In this document: positions 55,729 to 64,000 of the stretch, in pieces | How the letters are laid out: each line of letters begins with the position of its first letter | How positions within the stretch are numbered: position 1 is the first letter of the stretch | From: a virus | Lineage: Duplodnaviria; Caudoviricetes | Virus record (IMG/VR): IMGVR_UViG_3300037780_000034 | Location: 160,001-224,000 of that record | Strand: one strand, 5' to 3' | DNA length: 64,000 bases | Position numbers and translations under genes: made by a program | The notes under the pieces: model-generated | Database searches by the model: none | What the model was told of the DNA's origin: nothing | The model's input: only the letters and a program-made list of their open reading frames with translations

Positions 55729-57843
55729 TTATAGTGGCGTAGTTATTTCTTGAGTTTCATTTTGTGCATATGAAGGAAGATTATATTTAGTATCACAATT
55801 AAGTGTGGCACTTATAATGTCTATTTGTCCGGTGGCATTATTTCCATCTGGTGTTCCTTTTCTTACTTCAAGACGATAAACTACGGGAGAAAATGCTACA
55901 TAATTAGTATCTAAATATAAAATAGGACTAATATAATCTTGCGCATTAAAATTATATTTATTATCAAATGTTCCTGTTGGAATGGTAGAACTTTCTAAAT
56001 ATAATGATCTTTCTACGGCTGATCCCAATACTCCTTCTCTAACCAATCTATAAGTAATATTAGTTGCACTTGTATGAACCATTCTAAATTCCATAAACAA
56101 ATGATTTACTGGAAACCATTCACGATGTCCTACATTAAGTGTTAATGATAAAATTTCTGTCCACGTATTTGGAACATCTTCTACTATGGGTGTAACCGAA
56201 TCACCAAAAGAACTAATTCTATTAAAATAATTAGAAGATGCTTGTGATAGCCCCCGACTTACCGGAGGAAGTGATGTTACTACACTGTTTACAGTTGGAT
56301 TATTGGCATCATAAATGTAATTAGTAAGTATATTATCAACTGCTGCTGCGGATGCCTGTGCAGTTACAGTGACACGAGAGGATGCAATACTAGAATCAAG
56401 GGTCATAGCAGAAAATAATGCCCCATTGGCTTCTGCGGCAGCACGTATTTCACTAAATTGTGTTAATGATGTTGGGTTTATTGTGATATTATTTGTTTTA
56501 TTATAATTATCACCGGGGTATAAAATATAATTAAAACTATCCAGAAGTGCATTTCCTTTGTAATCTTGTTCTGTATTTTTTATTACAAACGAAGAATATG
56601 GATTATTTTCAAGTGATGTAATTTTAACTACATTATCATTAACTATATGCATCAACACAGATCGTGGATTATCACGATTATCTAATAAAGTTCTTTGAAC
56701 TATTCGTGTATTTCCGCTAAATATTTCTCCTGAACCTATTGCATAATCAAGCATTGCAGGAGTTACTATTTTTGTTAATGATGTTTTTGCATCAATGTCT
56801 GCTTCGTCTGCAATCCAATCACCAGTTGCTTCCGATGCAGATATTGTTCCAGTAGCTGTTATATTTCCATCAATATTTGCGCCCAATGCTGATATCGTTC
56901 CATTAGAATTCAAGACAATGTTGTAATTATTTAAATCGTGTTCTGTTCCGATAGTTCCTGTAAATCCAGCAGCAAAACTATTTGTGCCTACCGTAGTAGA
57001 ATTCATACCTACCCAAAATTTAGAAGTATTGTTTACACTTCTTAAAGAAAACATACTTGAACTTGAAATCGGGTCTGACGATGTTCTTATAGTAACCCCT
57101 GGGCCTGCACCATCAAATGAATTATCTTCCATAAATAATTCACCGTTTCCAACATCAATCGTTAGTTGTCCTAATCTTTTTACATAATAATTATGAATAT
57201 CATAAGAAAGATCAAAGTTTAAATTTATACCTTTTCTTATAGTAGGAAAATCATTTATCAATAATCTACCATCAGGCATTCTTTCCGTAGTAGTTCCTAA
57301 AGAACTTGGTATCCACGGAGTATCATCGGTTGATAACAAATATACAATTTTGTTATTCAATAAAAATTCCATAGTCTTATGCAATACACCAGTATTGTCA
57401 TATCTATTACTAATCATAACTCTATTTTGATTATCAAATTGTAATATGTTTATCCACTCTAATCCAGAATATATATAAAAATAATTGTTAGAAGTGTCAT
57501 ACCATAAATCACCTTCTGTGACAGTATAGTTAGAATCAGTTACCAATGGAGGCGGAATATCATCTACTGTTGTAGAATTTGCATTTTTCCAAACAGAGTC
57601 TTTTGTATAATATTTTAATAAATCTTTTTCAGAGTCATACCATAACTGTCCTACAGTTGGTTTTTCTGGAGCAGTAGGACTTGCAAAATTCTCTAAAAGA
57701 TGCAAAAAGTTTTGTGCAACGTGCTGTCCATAGCCAGAAACATTTCTTCCTAGTAAACGCAAATCTGTATTTGCATTTATTGTTGCATCTTCTATTATTA
57801 ATGGTATCTTACTTAAATCTGAATAATTTATTGTATAGCTCAT
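55729..57843 (-). CDS. Tail fibre / baseplate-attached protein A
   Basis: NFLHLLENFAS..P..PTVGQLWYD and GDLWYDT motifs; paralog of 58764-60323 with a different C-terminus. Confidence 0.75.
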   Translation of the reverse strand: MSYTINYSDLSKIPLIIEDATINANTDLRLLGRNVSGYGQHVAQNFLHLLENFASPTAPEKPTVGQLWYDSEKDLLKYYTKDSVWKNANSTTVDDIPPPLVTDSNYTVTEGDLWYDTSNNYFYIYSGLEWINILQFDNQNRVMISNRYDNTGVLHKTMEFLLNNKIVYLLSTDDTPWIPSSLGTTTERMPDGRLLINDFPTIRKGINLNFDLSYDIHNYYVKRLGQLTIDVGNGELFMEDNSFDGAGPGVTIRTSSDPISSSSMFSLRSVNNTSKFWVGMNSTTVGTNSFAAGFTGTIGTEHDLNNYNIVLNSNGTISALGANIDGNITATGTISASEATGDWIADEADIDAKTSLTKIVTPAMLDYAIGSGEIFSGNTRIVQRTLLDNRDNPRSVLMHIVNDNVVKITSLENNPYSSFVIKNTEQDYKGNALLDSFNYILYPGDNYNKTNNITINPTSLTQFSEIRAAAEANGALFSAMTLDSSIASSRVTVTAQASAAAVDNILTNYIYDANNPTVNSVVTSLPPVSRGLSQASSNYFNRISSFGDSVTPIVEDVPNTWTEILSLTLNVGHREWFPVNHLFMEFRMVHTSATNITYRLVREGVLGSAVERSLYLESSTIPTGTFDNKYNFNAQDYISPILYLDTNYVAFSPVVYRLEVRKGTPDGNNATGQIDIISATLNCDTKYNLPSYAQNETQEITTPL
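56738..56788. repeat. Direct repeat copy 1 at the fibre constant/variable junction
   Basis: 49/51 identical to 59209-59259. Confidence 0.85.
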
Positions 57844-57857
57844 ATTTCAATATCTCT

Positions 57858-58046
57858 TTATAATTTTGGAAATCTCTGTTTTATTTCTTGAACTTTGTCA
57901 GTCCATTCTTGTAATTCAATTTCGCCACGTTGTGCTTTAAAAAATAATGGATCAGATTCTATACGATAAGCTTCTAATCTTTTTTGTTCAGCTTCTAAAT
58001 TTCTTTTTTCTTTTATTTTGGTAATATCAGCAGTAACTTTAGCCAT
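57858..58046 (-). CDS. Small tail-fibre accessory protein
   Basis: AYRIESDPLFFKAQRGE...WTDKVQEIKQRFP; TAATG coupling gives start 58046. Confidence 0.65.
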   Translation of the reverse strand: MAKVTADITKIKEKRNLEAEQKRLEAYRIESDPLFFKAQRGEIELQEWTDKVQEIKQRFPKL

Positions 58047-58441
58047 TATTCTGTAACCTCTACATAAACTGTTTTTGAAATCCAAGGAAATGGCAATTTA
58101 AATTTTACTTCATAATTTCCAGATAAAGGAAAGTCTAATTCTAATATTCCATCATTTATAGTAGTAAGAAACTCTCCGTCAATATATATTTCAGAATTTT
58201 GTGGAAGATTTTCTACAACATAAGAACTTGTTATGTTAATTGTAGTTGATGACGAAATATCTAAAGATGGTCTGATTTTTGGCTTATTGTTTTCTAAGTC
58301 GTGATACATATCTTCTCTACTGATATTGTATTCTGCAATTGCTTCATTTTGTTTTACAGGATAATTGTCAACAGGAGTTGACAAATCAACCTTGTATTTT
58401 ATTCTTCCTGTATTTTTATCATATATATAAAAATTCATCAT
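58046..58441 (-). CDS. Tail-associated hypothetical protein
   Basis: FYIYDKNTGRI...YEVKFKLPFPW pattern, located in the fibre cluster. Confidence 0.6.
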   Translation of the reverse strand: MMNFYIYDKNTGRIKYKVDLSTPVDNYPVKQNEAIAEYNISREDMYHDLENNKPKIRPSLDISSSTTINITSSYVVENLPQNSEIYIDGEFLTTINDGILELDFPLSGNYEVKFKLPFPWISKTVYVEVTE

Positions 58442-58498
58442 TTAGTTTGTCATTTCCTTAATTATATTATATATTTATCTTTTTAAATTTTGATACTT

Positions 58499-58555
58499 TT
58501 ATGGCTTTGTTGGCCAAGTTATATTGTTTGGAAATTCTGGTTGACTTGTTATATC
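58499..58555. repeat. Direct repeat at the chaperone 3' ends, copy 1
   Basis: 53/57 identical to 60371-60427. Confidence 0.85.
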
Positions 58556-58762
58556 ACGTAATGCCTGACGATACGTTTGCCAAGCAACTGCATCTACTGG
58601 CGCATCTGGTAATTGTGTCCAATCACTATTTTGTAGTAAAGTGTTTCTATAAGACCGTATGTCCTCTTCTGACATACGAGGTATCTCTTCTGGTGACAAT
58701 TCACGAGTTGTTTGATTTCCAGTTTTTGCATCAATTATTATTTCATAGTATTTTTGTGTCAT
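58499..58762 (-). CDS. Tail fibre assembly chaperone A
   Basis: RNTLLQNSDWTQLPDAP...WQTYRQALRDITSQPEFP..ITWPTKP. Confidence 0.85.
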   Translation of the reverse strand: MTQKYYEIIIDAKTGNQTTRELSPEEIPRMSEEDIRSYRNTLLQNSDWTQLPDAPVDAVAWQTYRQALRDITSQPEFPNNITWPTKP

Positions 58763-58763
58763 T

Positions 58764-60323
58764 TTATCTTATTCCATATAACTGAACATATCCACCTATA
58801 CTCCAACCAGATAGTTCTGATCCACTCATTGCAAAAGATATGGATGTTGTAGTATCACGTATGTTAACTGCTTGTGTTGATAAAGTAGAATTGAATGCTA
58901 TACCGTCAGTTAGATCAAACCAAAAAACAGAATTAAATGGACTTGGAGGCATCGTTAATATCGTAGTTAACGATGTTCCAGATTCTCCAATAACTAAAAC
59001 ATTCGGCGGAGGGTCTTCTTGTCCACTAAACTGACCGTGTGATATTGAAAAAAACTTTACTACCAAAAATCTATATTCAGACAAGTCTAACGAAGAAACT
59101 GTAGCAATACTAAATCCATATGATCCAGCAGGAACAGTAGCTAATAATTCAATACCTAATCCATCACCCTCTAATATTCCTCCGCTACCACCACTATACA
59201 CATTTAAAATTGCATAATCAAGCATAGCAGGAGTTACTATTTTTGTTAGTGATGTTTTTTGATCCATATCACTTTGAATAGCAATCCAATCTCCAGTTGC
59301 TTGTGCAGCCGATATATTTGCAGCGGAAACTATATTTCCTGTTGTATTGATAGAGGATGCAGACATACTTCCATTTGAATTTAAAACTATATTATAGTTG
59401 TTTAAATTACTTTCATTTCCAGCAGAACCAGTGAAACCAACAGCAAATCCATTTGTTCCAACAGTTGTATTTTCAGTCCCTACCCATAATTTAGAAGTAT
59501 TGTTTGTGTTACGTATGGAAAATATGCTTGAAGTAGAAGCTGGCGAACTAACTGGTCTCAGTGTAAAATTAGGACCATCGCCATCTAATGCATTATCTTC
59601 CATTAATACATCGCCATTGCCTACATCAATTGTTAATTCTCCAAGTAACTTAACAATATAATTATGCAGATCATATGTTGTATCGCTATTTAAATTTATA
59701 CCTTTTTTAATAACAGGATAATCTGCTATTAACAATCTACCGTCTTGCATACTTTCTGCAGTCGGTCCAACAGAACTAGGAATCCACGGATCATTATCGG
59801 TTGACAACAAATAAACTAATTTGTTGTTTAATAAAAATTCCATAGTTTTATGTAATATACCAGTATTGTCGTATCTTGTGTTAATTAATACGCGGTTTTC
59901 ATCATCAAACTGAATTATATTAACCCAATCAGTTCCGTTATATATGTAAAGATTGTTTGTAGTAGTATCATACCATATATCACCTTCTACTGAAGTATAG
60001 TTAATAGTGGTATTTCCAGATATTTCTGGCGGTGGTTCGTTACTTACTGTTTTTGCACTTGCAGTTTTCCACTCACCATTTTTAGTATAAAATTTCAACA
60101 AGTCATTTGCAGAATCATACCATAACTGACCAACCGTTGGGCTACTTGGTTCTGTAGGACTTGCAAAGTTTTCTAAAAGATGTAAAAAGTTTTGTGCAAC
60201 AAATCTACCATAACTGCTAACACTTTTTCCCAACAAACTTAAATCTGTTTGATCGTTTATAGTCCCATCTTCAATGACTAATGGAATTTTTGATAAATCT
60301 GAATAATTTATAGTATAACTCAT
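58764..60323 (-). CDS. Tail fibre / baseplate-attached protein B
   Basis: Shares its N-terminal region up to KTSLTKIVTPAMLDYAI with protein A, then has an unrelated C-terminus. Confidence 0.75.
   Translation of the reverse strand: MSYTINYSDLSKIPLVIEDGTINDQTDLSLLGKSVSSYGRFVAQNFLHLLENFASPTEPSSPTVGQLWYDSANDLLKFYTKNGEWKTASAKTVSNEPPPEISGNTTINYTSVEGDIWYDTTTNNLYIYNGTDWVNIIQFDDENRVLINTRYDNTGILHKTMEFLLNNKLVYLLSTDNDPWIPSSVGPTAESMQDGRLLIADYPVIKKGINLNSDTTYDLHNYIVKLLGELTIDVGNGDVLMEDNALDGDGPNFTLRPVSSPASTSSIFSIRNTNNTSKLWVGTENTTVGTNGFAVGFTGSAGNESNLNNYNIVLNSNGSMSASSINTTGNIVSAANISAAQATGDWIAIQSDMDQKTSLTKIVTPAMLDYAILNVYSGGSGGILEGDGLGIELLATVPAGSYGFSIATVSSLDLSEYRFLVVKFFSISHGQFSGQEDPPPNVLVIGESGTSLTTILTMPPSPFNSVFWFDLTDGIAFNSTLSTQAVNIRDTTTSISFAMSGSELSGWSIGGYVQLYGIR
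59209..59259. repeat. Direct repeat copy 2 at the fibre constant/variable junction
   Basis: 49/51 identical to 56738-56788. Confidence 0.85.
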
Positions 60324-60370
60324 TTTTTATATTATGCCTTGTTTATATGTTGTATTTATCTTTTATTTTT

Positions 60371-60778
60371 TTATGGCTTTGTTGGCCAAGTTATATTATT
60401 TGGAAATCCTAATTGACTTGTTATATCTAATAAATCTTGTCTATATTGTATATATGCTTGTTTTTTTTCTTCTGACATATCATTCCATCTAAATGGATTT
60501 GAAACTATAGGGTCTACTATGCTTACTAATAAAGAATTTCTTTTTTTTCTAGCTTCTTTTGATAGCATAATATTTATTTCTTCTTGTGTAGGTTCAGGTG
60601 GTGCTACATATGGGATTAAAGTTGGATCAGAATTCATTCTAATATAAAGGTCGTTTGTATCAAATTCTGCGCCTATGTCATTACTATGGCAAGTATACGG
60701 TATCCATCCATATTTTGGATGGTTTATTTCACAATCAATTGTATCATTTTTGTTTTTTCTTGGATTTCTATATTCCAT
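60371..60778 (-). CDS. Tail fibre assembly chaperone B
   Basis: IDCEINHPKYGWIPYT; RKKRNSLL...YRQDLLDITSQLGFPNNITWPTKP. Confidence 0.8.
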   Translation of the reverse strand: MEYRNPRKNKNDTIDCEINHPKYGWIPYTCHSNDIGAEFDTNDLYIRMNSDPTLIPYVAPPEPTQEEINIMLSKEARKKRNSLLVSIVDPIVSNPFRWNDMSEEKKQAYIQYRQDLLDITSQLGFPNNITWPTKP

Positions 60779-60796
60779 TATTTTCCCTCAATAAAA

Positions 60797-61750
60797 TTAT
60801 GCTATTCTTAACCAGAGTGTTGCACCAAAAAGAAAAGACCACGCTGGATCAAAGCTATCGCCTCCTTCAGTAGAAACCCCATCCACACTTTCATAAGTTC
60901 CCATACAACGCCAAGTTCCAGTTAATGTATCACCAACATTTAGAGTTATATCTTCAAATGAAAGATAGTTATATACAGATATTCTATGAACTCCCCCAGT
61001 GGGTCTGAGTAAACTTCCTTGAACAGTATCACCAATTTGTATTAAGTGATAAGTTGTTGGAACAATAACAGATGTTGAAAATTGACCGGGATTTTGAGAA
61101 TTATAATCATAAACTGCAAAAACATATGTCCCAACATCGCCAGAAACGAATGAAACATTTTCACCACGTGAACCAGTAAATCCTGTTGCACCAGTTGTTC
61201 CAGTTGCTCCACGTGATCCTGTAAATCCAAGAGGACCAGAGGGGCCAATAGGACCAGTAGAGCCAACAAATCCGGTTGTTCCAGCGGAACCAGTAAATCC
61301 TATAGGACCAGCGGGACCAGTTGTTCCAGTAGAACCAACAAATCCAGTAGGACCAGTAGGACCAGTAGACCCTGTAAATCCAACTGCTCCTGTATCTCCT
61401 GATAGTCCACGTGATCCTGTAAATCCGGTAGGGCCAGTTGCACCAGTCAATCCTTGGCTACCAGTAAATCCAGTAGGGCCGGGTGGTCCAATAACAAATC
61501 CAGTTTCAGGGTCAGTAACAGGTCCAGATGGTCCGGGTGGGCCGGGTGGTCCTGCTAATTGTGATGCATTTAATCCCCAATATCTTGTTCCATCGGTATC
61601 TCCTAACAAAACATAACCATTTTCAGCAGGCAAACCAAGGTTTGGTTCACTTTCAGCAGGTTTTACATAATCAAATCTGGTAGGAGAAAGATCACCAAAA
61701 TCTGTAGTTTTATATCTTCCAGTTATAGGATATCGTGGTTTATAACTCAT
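60797..61750 (-). CDS. Collagen-like tail fibre protein
   Basis: Long Gly-X-Y tract (GPTGFTGS repeats); C-terminal GDVGTY...GTWRCMG...LWLRIA tip. Confidence 0.85.
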   Translation of the reverse strand: MSYKPRYPITGRYKTTDFGDLSPTRFDYVKPAESEPNLGLPAENGYVLLGDTDGTRYWGLNASQLAGPPGPPGPSGPVTDPETGFVIGPPGPTGFTGSQGLTGATGPTGFTGSRGLSGDTGAVGFTGSTGPTGPTGFVGSTGTTGPAGPIGFTGSAGTTGFVGSTGPIGPSGPLGFTGSRGATGTTGATGFTGSRGENVSFVSGDVGTYVFAVYDYNSQNPGQFSTSVIVPTTYHLIQIGDTVQGSLLRPTGGVHRISVYNYLSFEDITLNVGDTLTGTWRCMGTYESVDGVSTEGGDSFDPAWSFLFGATLWLRIA

Positions 61751-61761
61751 AGCATTATCCC

Positions 61762-62103
61762 TTATTCATTAGCTGCTTCATTCAAACTCATAATAAAGTC
61801 CACAGAATCTGCAACATCTGTTTTTACTATAAGTTGATCGCCTTCTGTTAAAACCATTCTTCCAGATATAACAGTCATTACTTCATTTGCTGGTAGTTCT
61901 ATATCAGGTATCAAGAAATATGTAGTTGCATCTTTTGAAATTCTAACATTTATAACAACTGAACTTGATGTATGGTTGACACATATTGCAGATAATACAA
62001 TAGAAGATATTCCAGTTGGAACTGTATAAACTGTTTGGTCTGCAGTTGTTATTTTTTTTGTTACATTAACAAATCTATTTAGTGGTAATAATGGTGAAGC
62101 CAT
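61762..62103 (-). CDS. Small virion structural protein
   Basis: YTVPTG...IVLS...N...GDQL pattern of small beta-sandwich virion proteins. Confidence 0.6.
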   Translation of the reverse strand: MASPLLPLNRFVNVTKKITTADQTVYTVPTGISSIVLSAICVNHTSSSVVINVRISKDATTYFLIPDIELPANEVMTVISGRMVLTEGDQLIVKTDVADSVDFIMSLNEAANE

Positions 62104-62112
62104 CTTTTTTAT

Positions 62113-63999
62113 TTACTCCTGTAATGCCAATATGTAAGGTGTCATTATTCCATATAAACTTCTACGGAAAACACGGCCTTCAATTGTTCCTCTTGCTCTA
62201 TTTATAGTGAAATCAGTTCCTATTCTAAAATCTCCGCGTTGATCAGTTCCTGTAAAATAAACTTTTCCGCCATTTTGTTCTAATACTTGATTTTCTACGA
62301 TTGCTTCACCGCCCAAATATGGAAGTGAAGTATTAATGTCAATTCCTGCTCCTACCCATTCAAAAGTATGACTTGAAGCAGTAATTAAACTATATTGATG
62401 AAAGTTTACATTGTCGCCAGCATTGTATGTTTCTGTTGCAGCTTCTTCTAACGTAACAGTAACTGTATATCCGTTTTCTAAAAGTTCAATTACTATATCA
62501 TATAGTGCATCTAGTCTATCTTGTTGTGTGCTGTTAGATGCTGGTAAATTTGTAACTTGTGATACAGTATTGTTAAGTGGAGTTACTAAAGTATTTACTA
62601 ATATATCACGTGATATTGTTTTCAAATAATCAAACATATCAGAAACTTCTGGAACATCAGCTAAATCTACTTCCATAAATCCGCCTGTATAAAATTCATC
62701 AGCAGCATCGGCTGTTTCTTTATTTGCAAAATATAATATATCATATATTAGTGCATTGACTATATATTCTATATTTTCACTATATTCTACAGGATCGTAT
62801 ACAAAACTTGGATATGTAGTATCCAAATAGGCCAATCCTTCTGCTACAATAAAATTTCTATTTGCTATTAATATGTCTTTTGCATTTACAACAAATGCGT
62901 TAACCGTTTCTGGATTAGTGTATATTGGTGCAACTGCGGCTTGTTTTCCATTTTCTAATATGTTCAATATGATATTAAAGTTTTGTGCAATACGGCTTGT
63001 AACCGTAGTTGATCCATTAAACAAAGATAATACTCTTGCTTTCAAAAATTCAATTGCATCTATTGTTTCTGTTAATTGAAAATCTATAACGCCTTCAGCA
63101 GTATTTTTATAATAACTTAAACCTGCTACTGTTGAAAGATAAGTTGAACCAAATACCATATCATCTGCTATAGAATTAATTATTATCCCAACATCACGAG
63201 AACATAAAAACTGATTAAAAACTAATTCGGGATATGTGTTTACTATATATTGTATAGTTTCTGCTTTAAATAAATCTAGATTTTCTAAAATAGTATCTCT
63301 TGCATCTTGTAATGTGGTTGATTGTGTTGTATATGATGGAGAAAATATTTCTGTTCCACCAATAGACAAACTACTTGTTTCAAATACCGTGTAAAAGTTT
63401 GAATCATTTGCAAACCCTACTGCATCGCCTATAGTTGGCTTTCTGTTAATATTGTTTAATGTAAAAATATTAACTGCATCTTGTGTTACTACTTTTGCTG
63501 TATACATTGGTGAACTTACACCATCACTTGCAAGAGCGTAATTACCAAAAGATGAGTTAGAGTTTGTTAATGAACAAAAACCACCATCTTCGCACAAAAT
63601 TGCTTTATCACAACATATTGTAAACACAGAAACTAATTGAGTGTTTCCACGGTTCAACATATGAATACCAATTCCGCCTTGATTGTATTGAGTAAAGGCA
63701 TCTACCACCATTGATCTTAAACCAGATGCGTGATTTCCATCAACGCGCATACCTGTTCCAGTAGTAGTAATGCTTGAACAGTTTTGAACATATGGACTTG
63801 TTGTTATTATACCAGCACTGCCATCTGGAGGAAATGCAATTGCAGCAGAGGGAGAAACGTGATTTCTAAATGTTACATTTGCAAAATAAACTGCATTATT
63901 AACCCAAAATATGTCTTGATCTTTATTAAGAGGAACTATATTTGTAGAACGCAAACTATCTCCAACGATAGAAACATTTTTAGGAACTACTACTGGATT
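62113..63999 (-). CDS. Large virion/tail protein, 5'-truncated by the window end (pectin-lyase-like beta-helix region)
   Basis: Frame is open to the edge (NPVVVPKNVSIVGDSLRST); SPYVQNCSSIT, SMVVDAFTQYNQGGIG, SNSSFGNY. Confidence 0.75.
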   Translation of the reverse strand, partial: NPVVVPKNVSIVGDSLRSTNIVPLNKDQDIFWVNNAVYFANVTFRNHVSPSAAIAFPPDGSAGIITTSPYVQNCSSITTTGTGMRVDGNHASGLRSMVVDAFTQYNQGGIGIHMLNRGNTQLVSVFTICCDKAILCEDGGFCSLTNSNSSFGNYALASDGVSSPMYTAKVVTQDAVNIFTLNNINRKPTIGDAVGFANDSNFYTVFETSSLSIGGTEIFSPSYTTQSTTLQDARDTILENLDLFKAETIQYIVNTYPELVFNQFLCSRDVGIIINSIADDMVFGSTYLSTVAGLSYYKNTAEGVIDFQLTETIDAIEFLKARVLSLFNGSTTVTSRIAQNFNIILNILENGKQAAVAPIYTNPETVNAFVVNAKDILIANRNFIVAEGLAYLDTTYPSFVYDPVEYSENIEYIVNALIYDILYFANKETADAADEFYTGGFMEVDLADVPEVSDMFDYLKTISRDILVNTLVTPLNNTVSQVTNLPASNSTQQDRLDALYDIVIELLENGYTVTVTLEEAATETYNAGDNVNFHQYSLITASSHTFEWVGAGIDINTSLPYLGGEAIVENQVLEQNGGKVYFTGTDQRGDFRIGTDFTINRARGTIEGRVFRRSLYGIMTPYILALQE

Positions 64000-64000
64000 A

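Noticed and set aside
58499-60427. Diversity-generating retroelement TR/VR pair
   Set aside because: No reverse transcriptase in the window; mismatches include C/T changes rather than adenine-only; both copies are coding.
60797-61750. Collagen repeat as eukaryotic contamination or a novel element
   Set aside because: Gly-X-Y tracts are common in phage tail fibres, and the gene sits in the fibre/chaperone cluster.
1512-63079. Numerous 60-140 aa antisense or overlapping ORFs in the track (e.g. 4030-4449, 25713-26117, 47978-48409, 54077-54448)
   Set aside because: They are shadows of well-supported genes on the other strand or frame, with Phe/Ser/Ile-rich composition and no SD or motifs.
63954-64000. 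TTG 63954 as the start of the last gene
   Set aside because: The frame is open to the window edge (NPVVVPKNVSIVGDS), so the gene starts outside the window.
1-64000. Stop-codon reassignment (alternative genetic code)
   Set aside because: Conserved genes are full length in code 11, and TAA, TAG and TGA all terminate genes at the expected positions. The only breaks are the intein split and one frameshift.
1-64000. tRNA, rRNA or CRISPR loci
   Set aside because: No cloverleaf with T-loop and CCA context, and no repeat-spacer array, was found by eye. A tRNAscan-SE or CRISPR-finder run would be decisive.

Overview
This is a 64-kb segment of a very AT-rich, T4-related jumbo (RAK2/GAP32-like) myophage genome read in standard code 11. 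Genes run mostly on the + strand to about 36.2 kb and mostly on the - strand after about 37.2 kb. The + half encodes early and accessory genes: an outer-membrane beta-barrel, AAA ATPase, HAD, Pth2, SLOG, ClpP, two-subunit topoisomerase II, MazG, a mini-DnaE fragment, GroES, clamp loader, DNA methyltransferase, a hemO-pcyX bilin cassette, PhoH, IF-1, spanins, ClpA and UvsE. It also encodes late virion proteins, including a ~1460-aa modular protein with GH19 and ART-like modules. The - half holds thyA/dfr, a MoxR-like AAA + metallopeptidase-vWA pair interleaved with two Hef-like endonuclease genes, RNase H, thymidine kinase, a putative sliding clamp and duplicated tail-fibre/chaperone modules. 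It also holds a family B DNA polymerase fractured into two genes by a naturally split, cysteine-free intein with a free-standing endonuclease between the halves. Sigma70-type (TTGACA-N17-TAnnnT) and T4-late-type (TATAAATA) promoters are clear. Top observations: (1) the split intein in PolB motif C; (2) a GIY-YIG gene that appears to have replaced the 3' end of thyA, leaving the old C-terminus stranded; (3) the putative protease-processed head polyprotein; (4) a ~270-nt multibranch non-coding RNA candidate at 5935-6206; (5) the HemO-PcyX cassette. An alphaproteobacterial (possibly Rhodobacteraceae) aquatic host is an inference only. No tRNA, rRNA or CRISPR array was seen. Family assignments come from motif recognition, not database searches.
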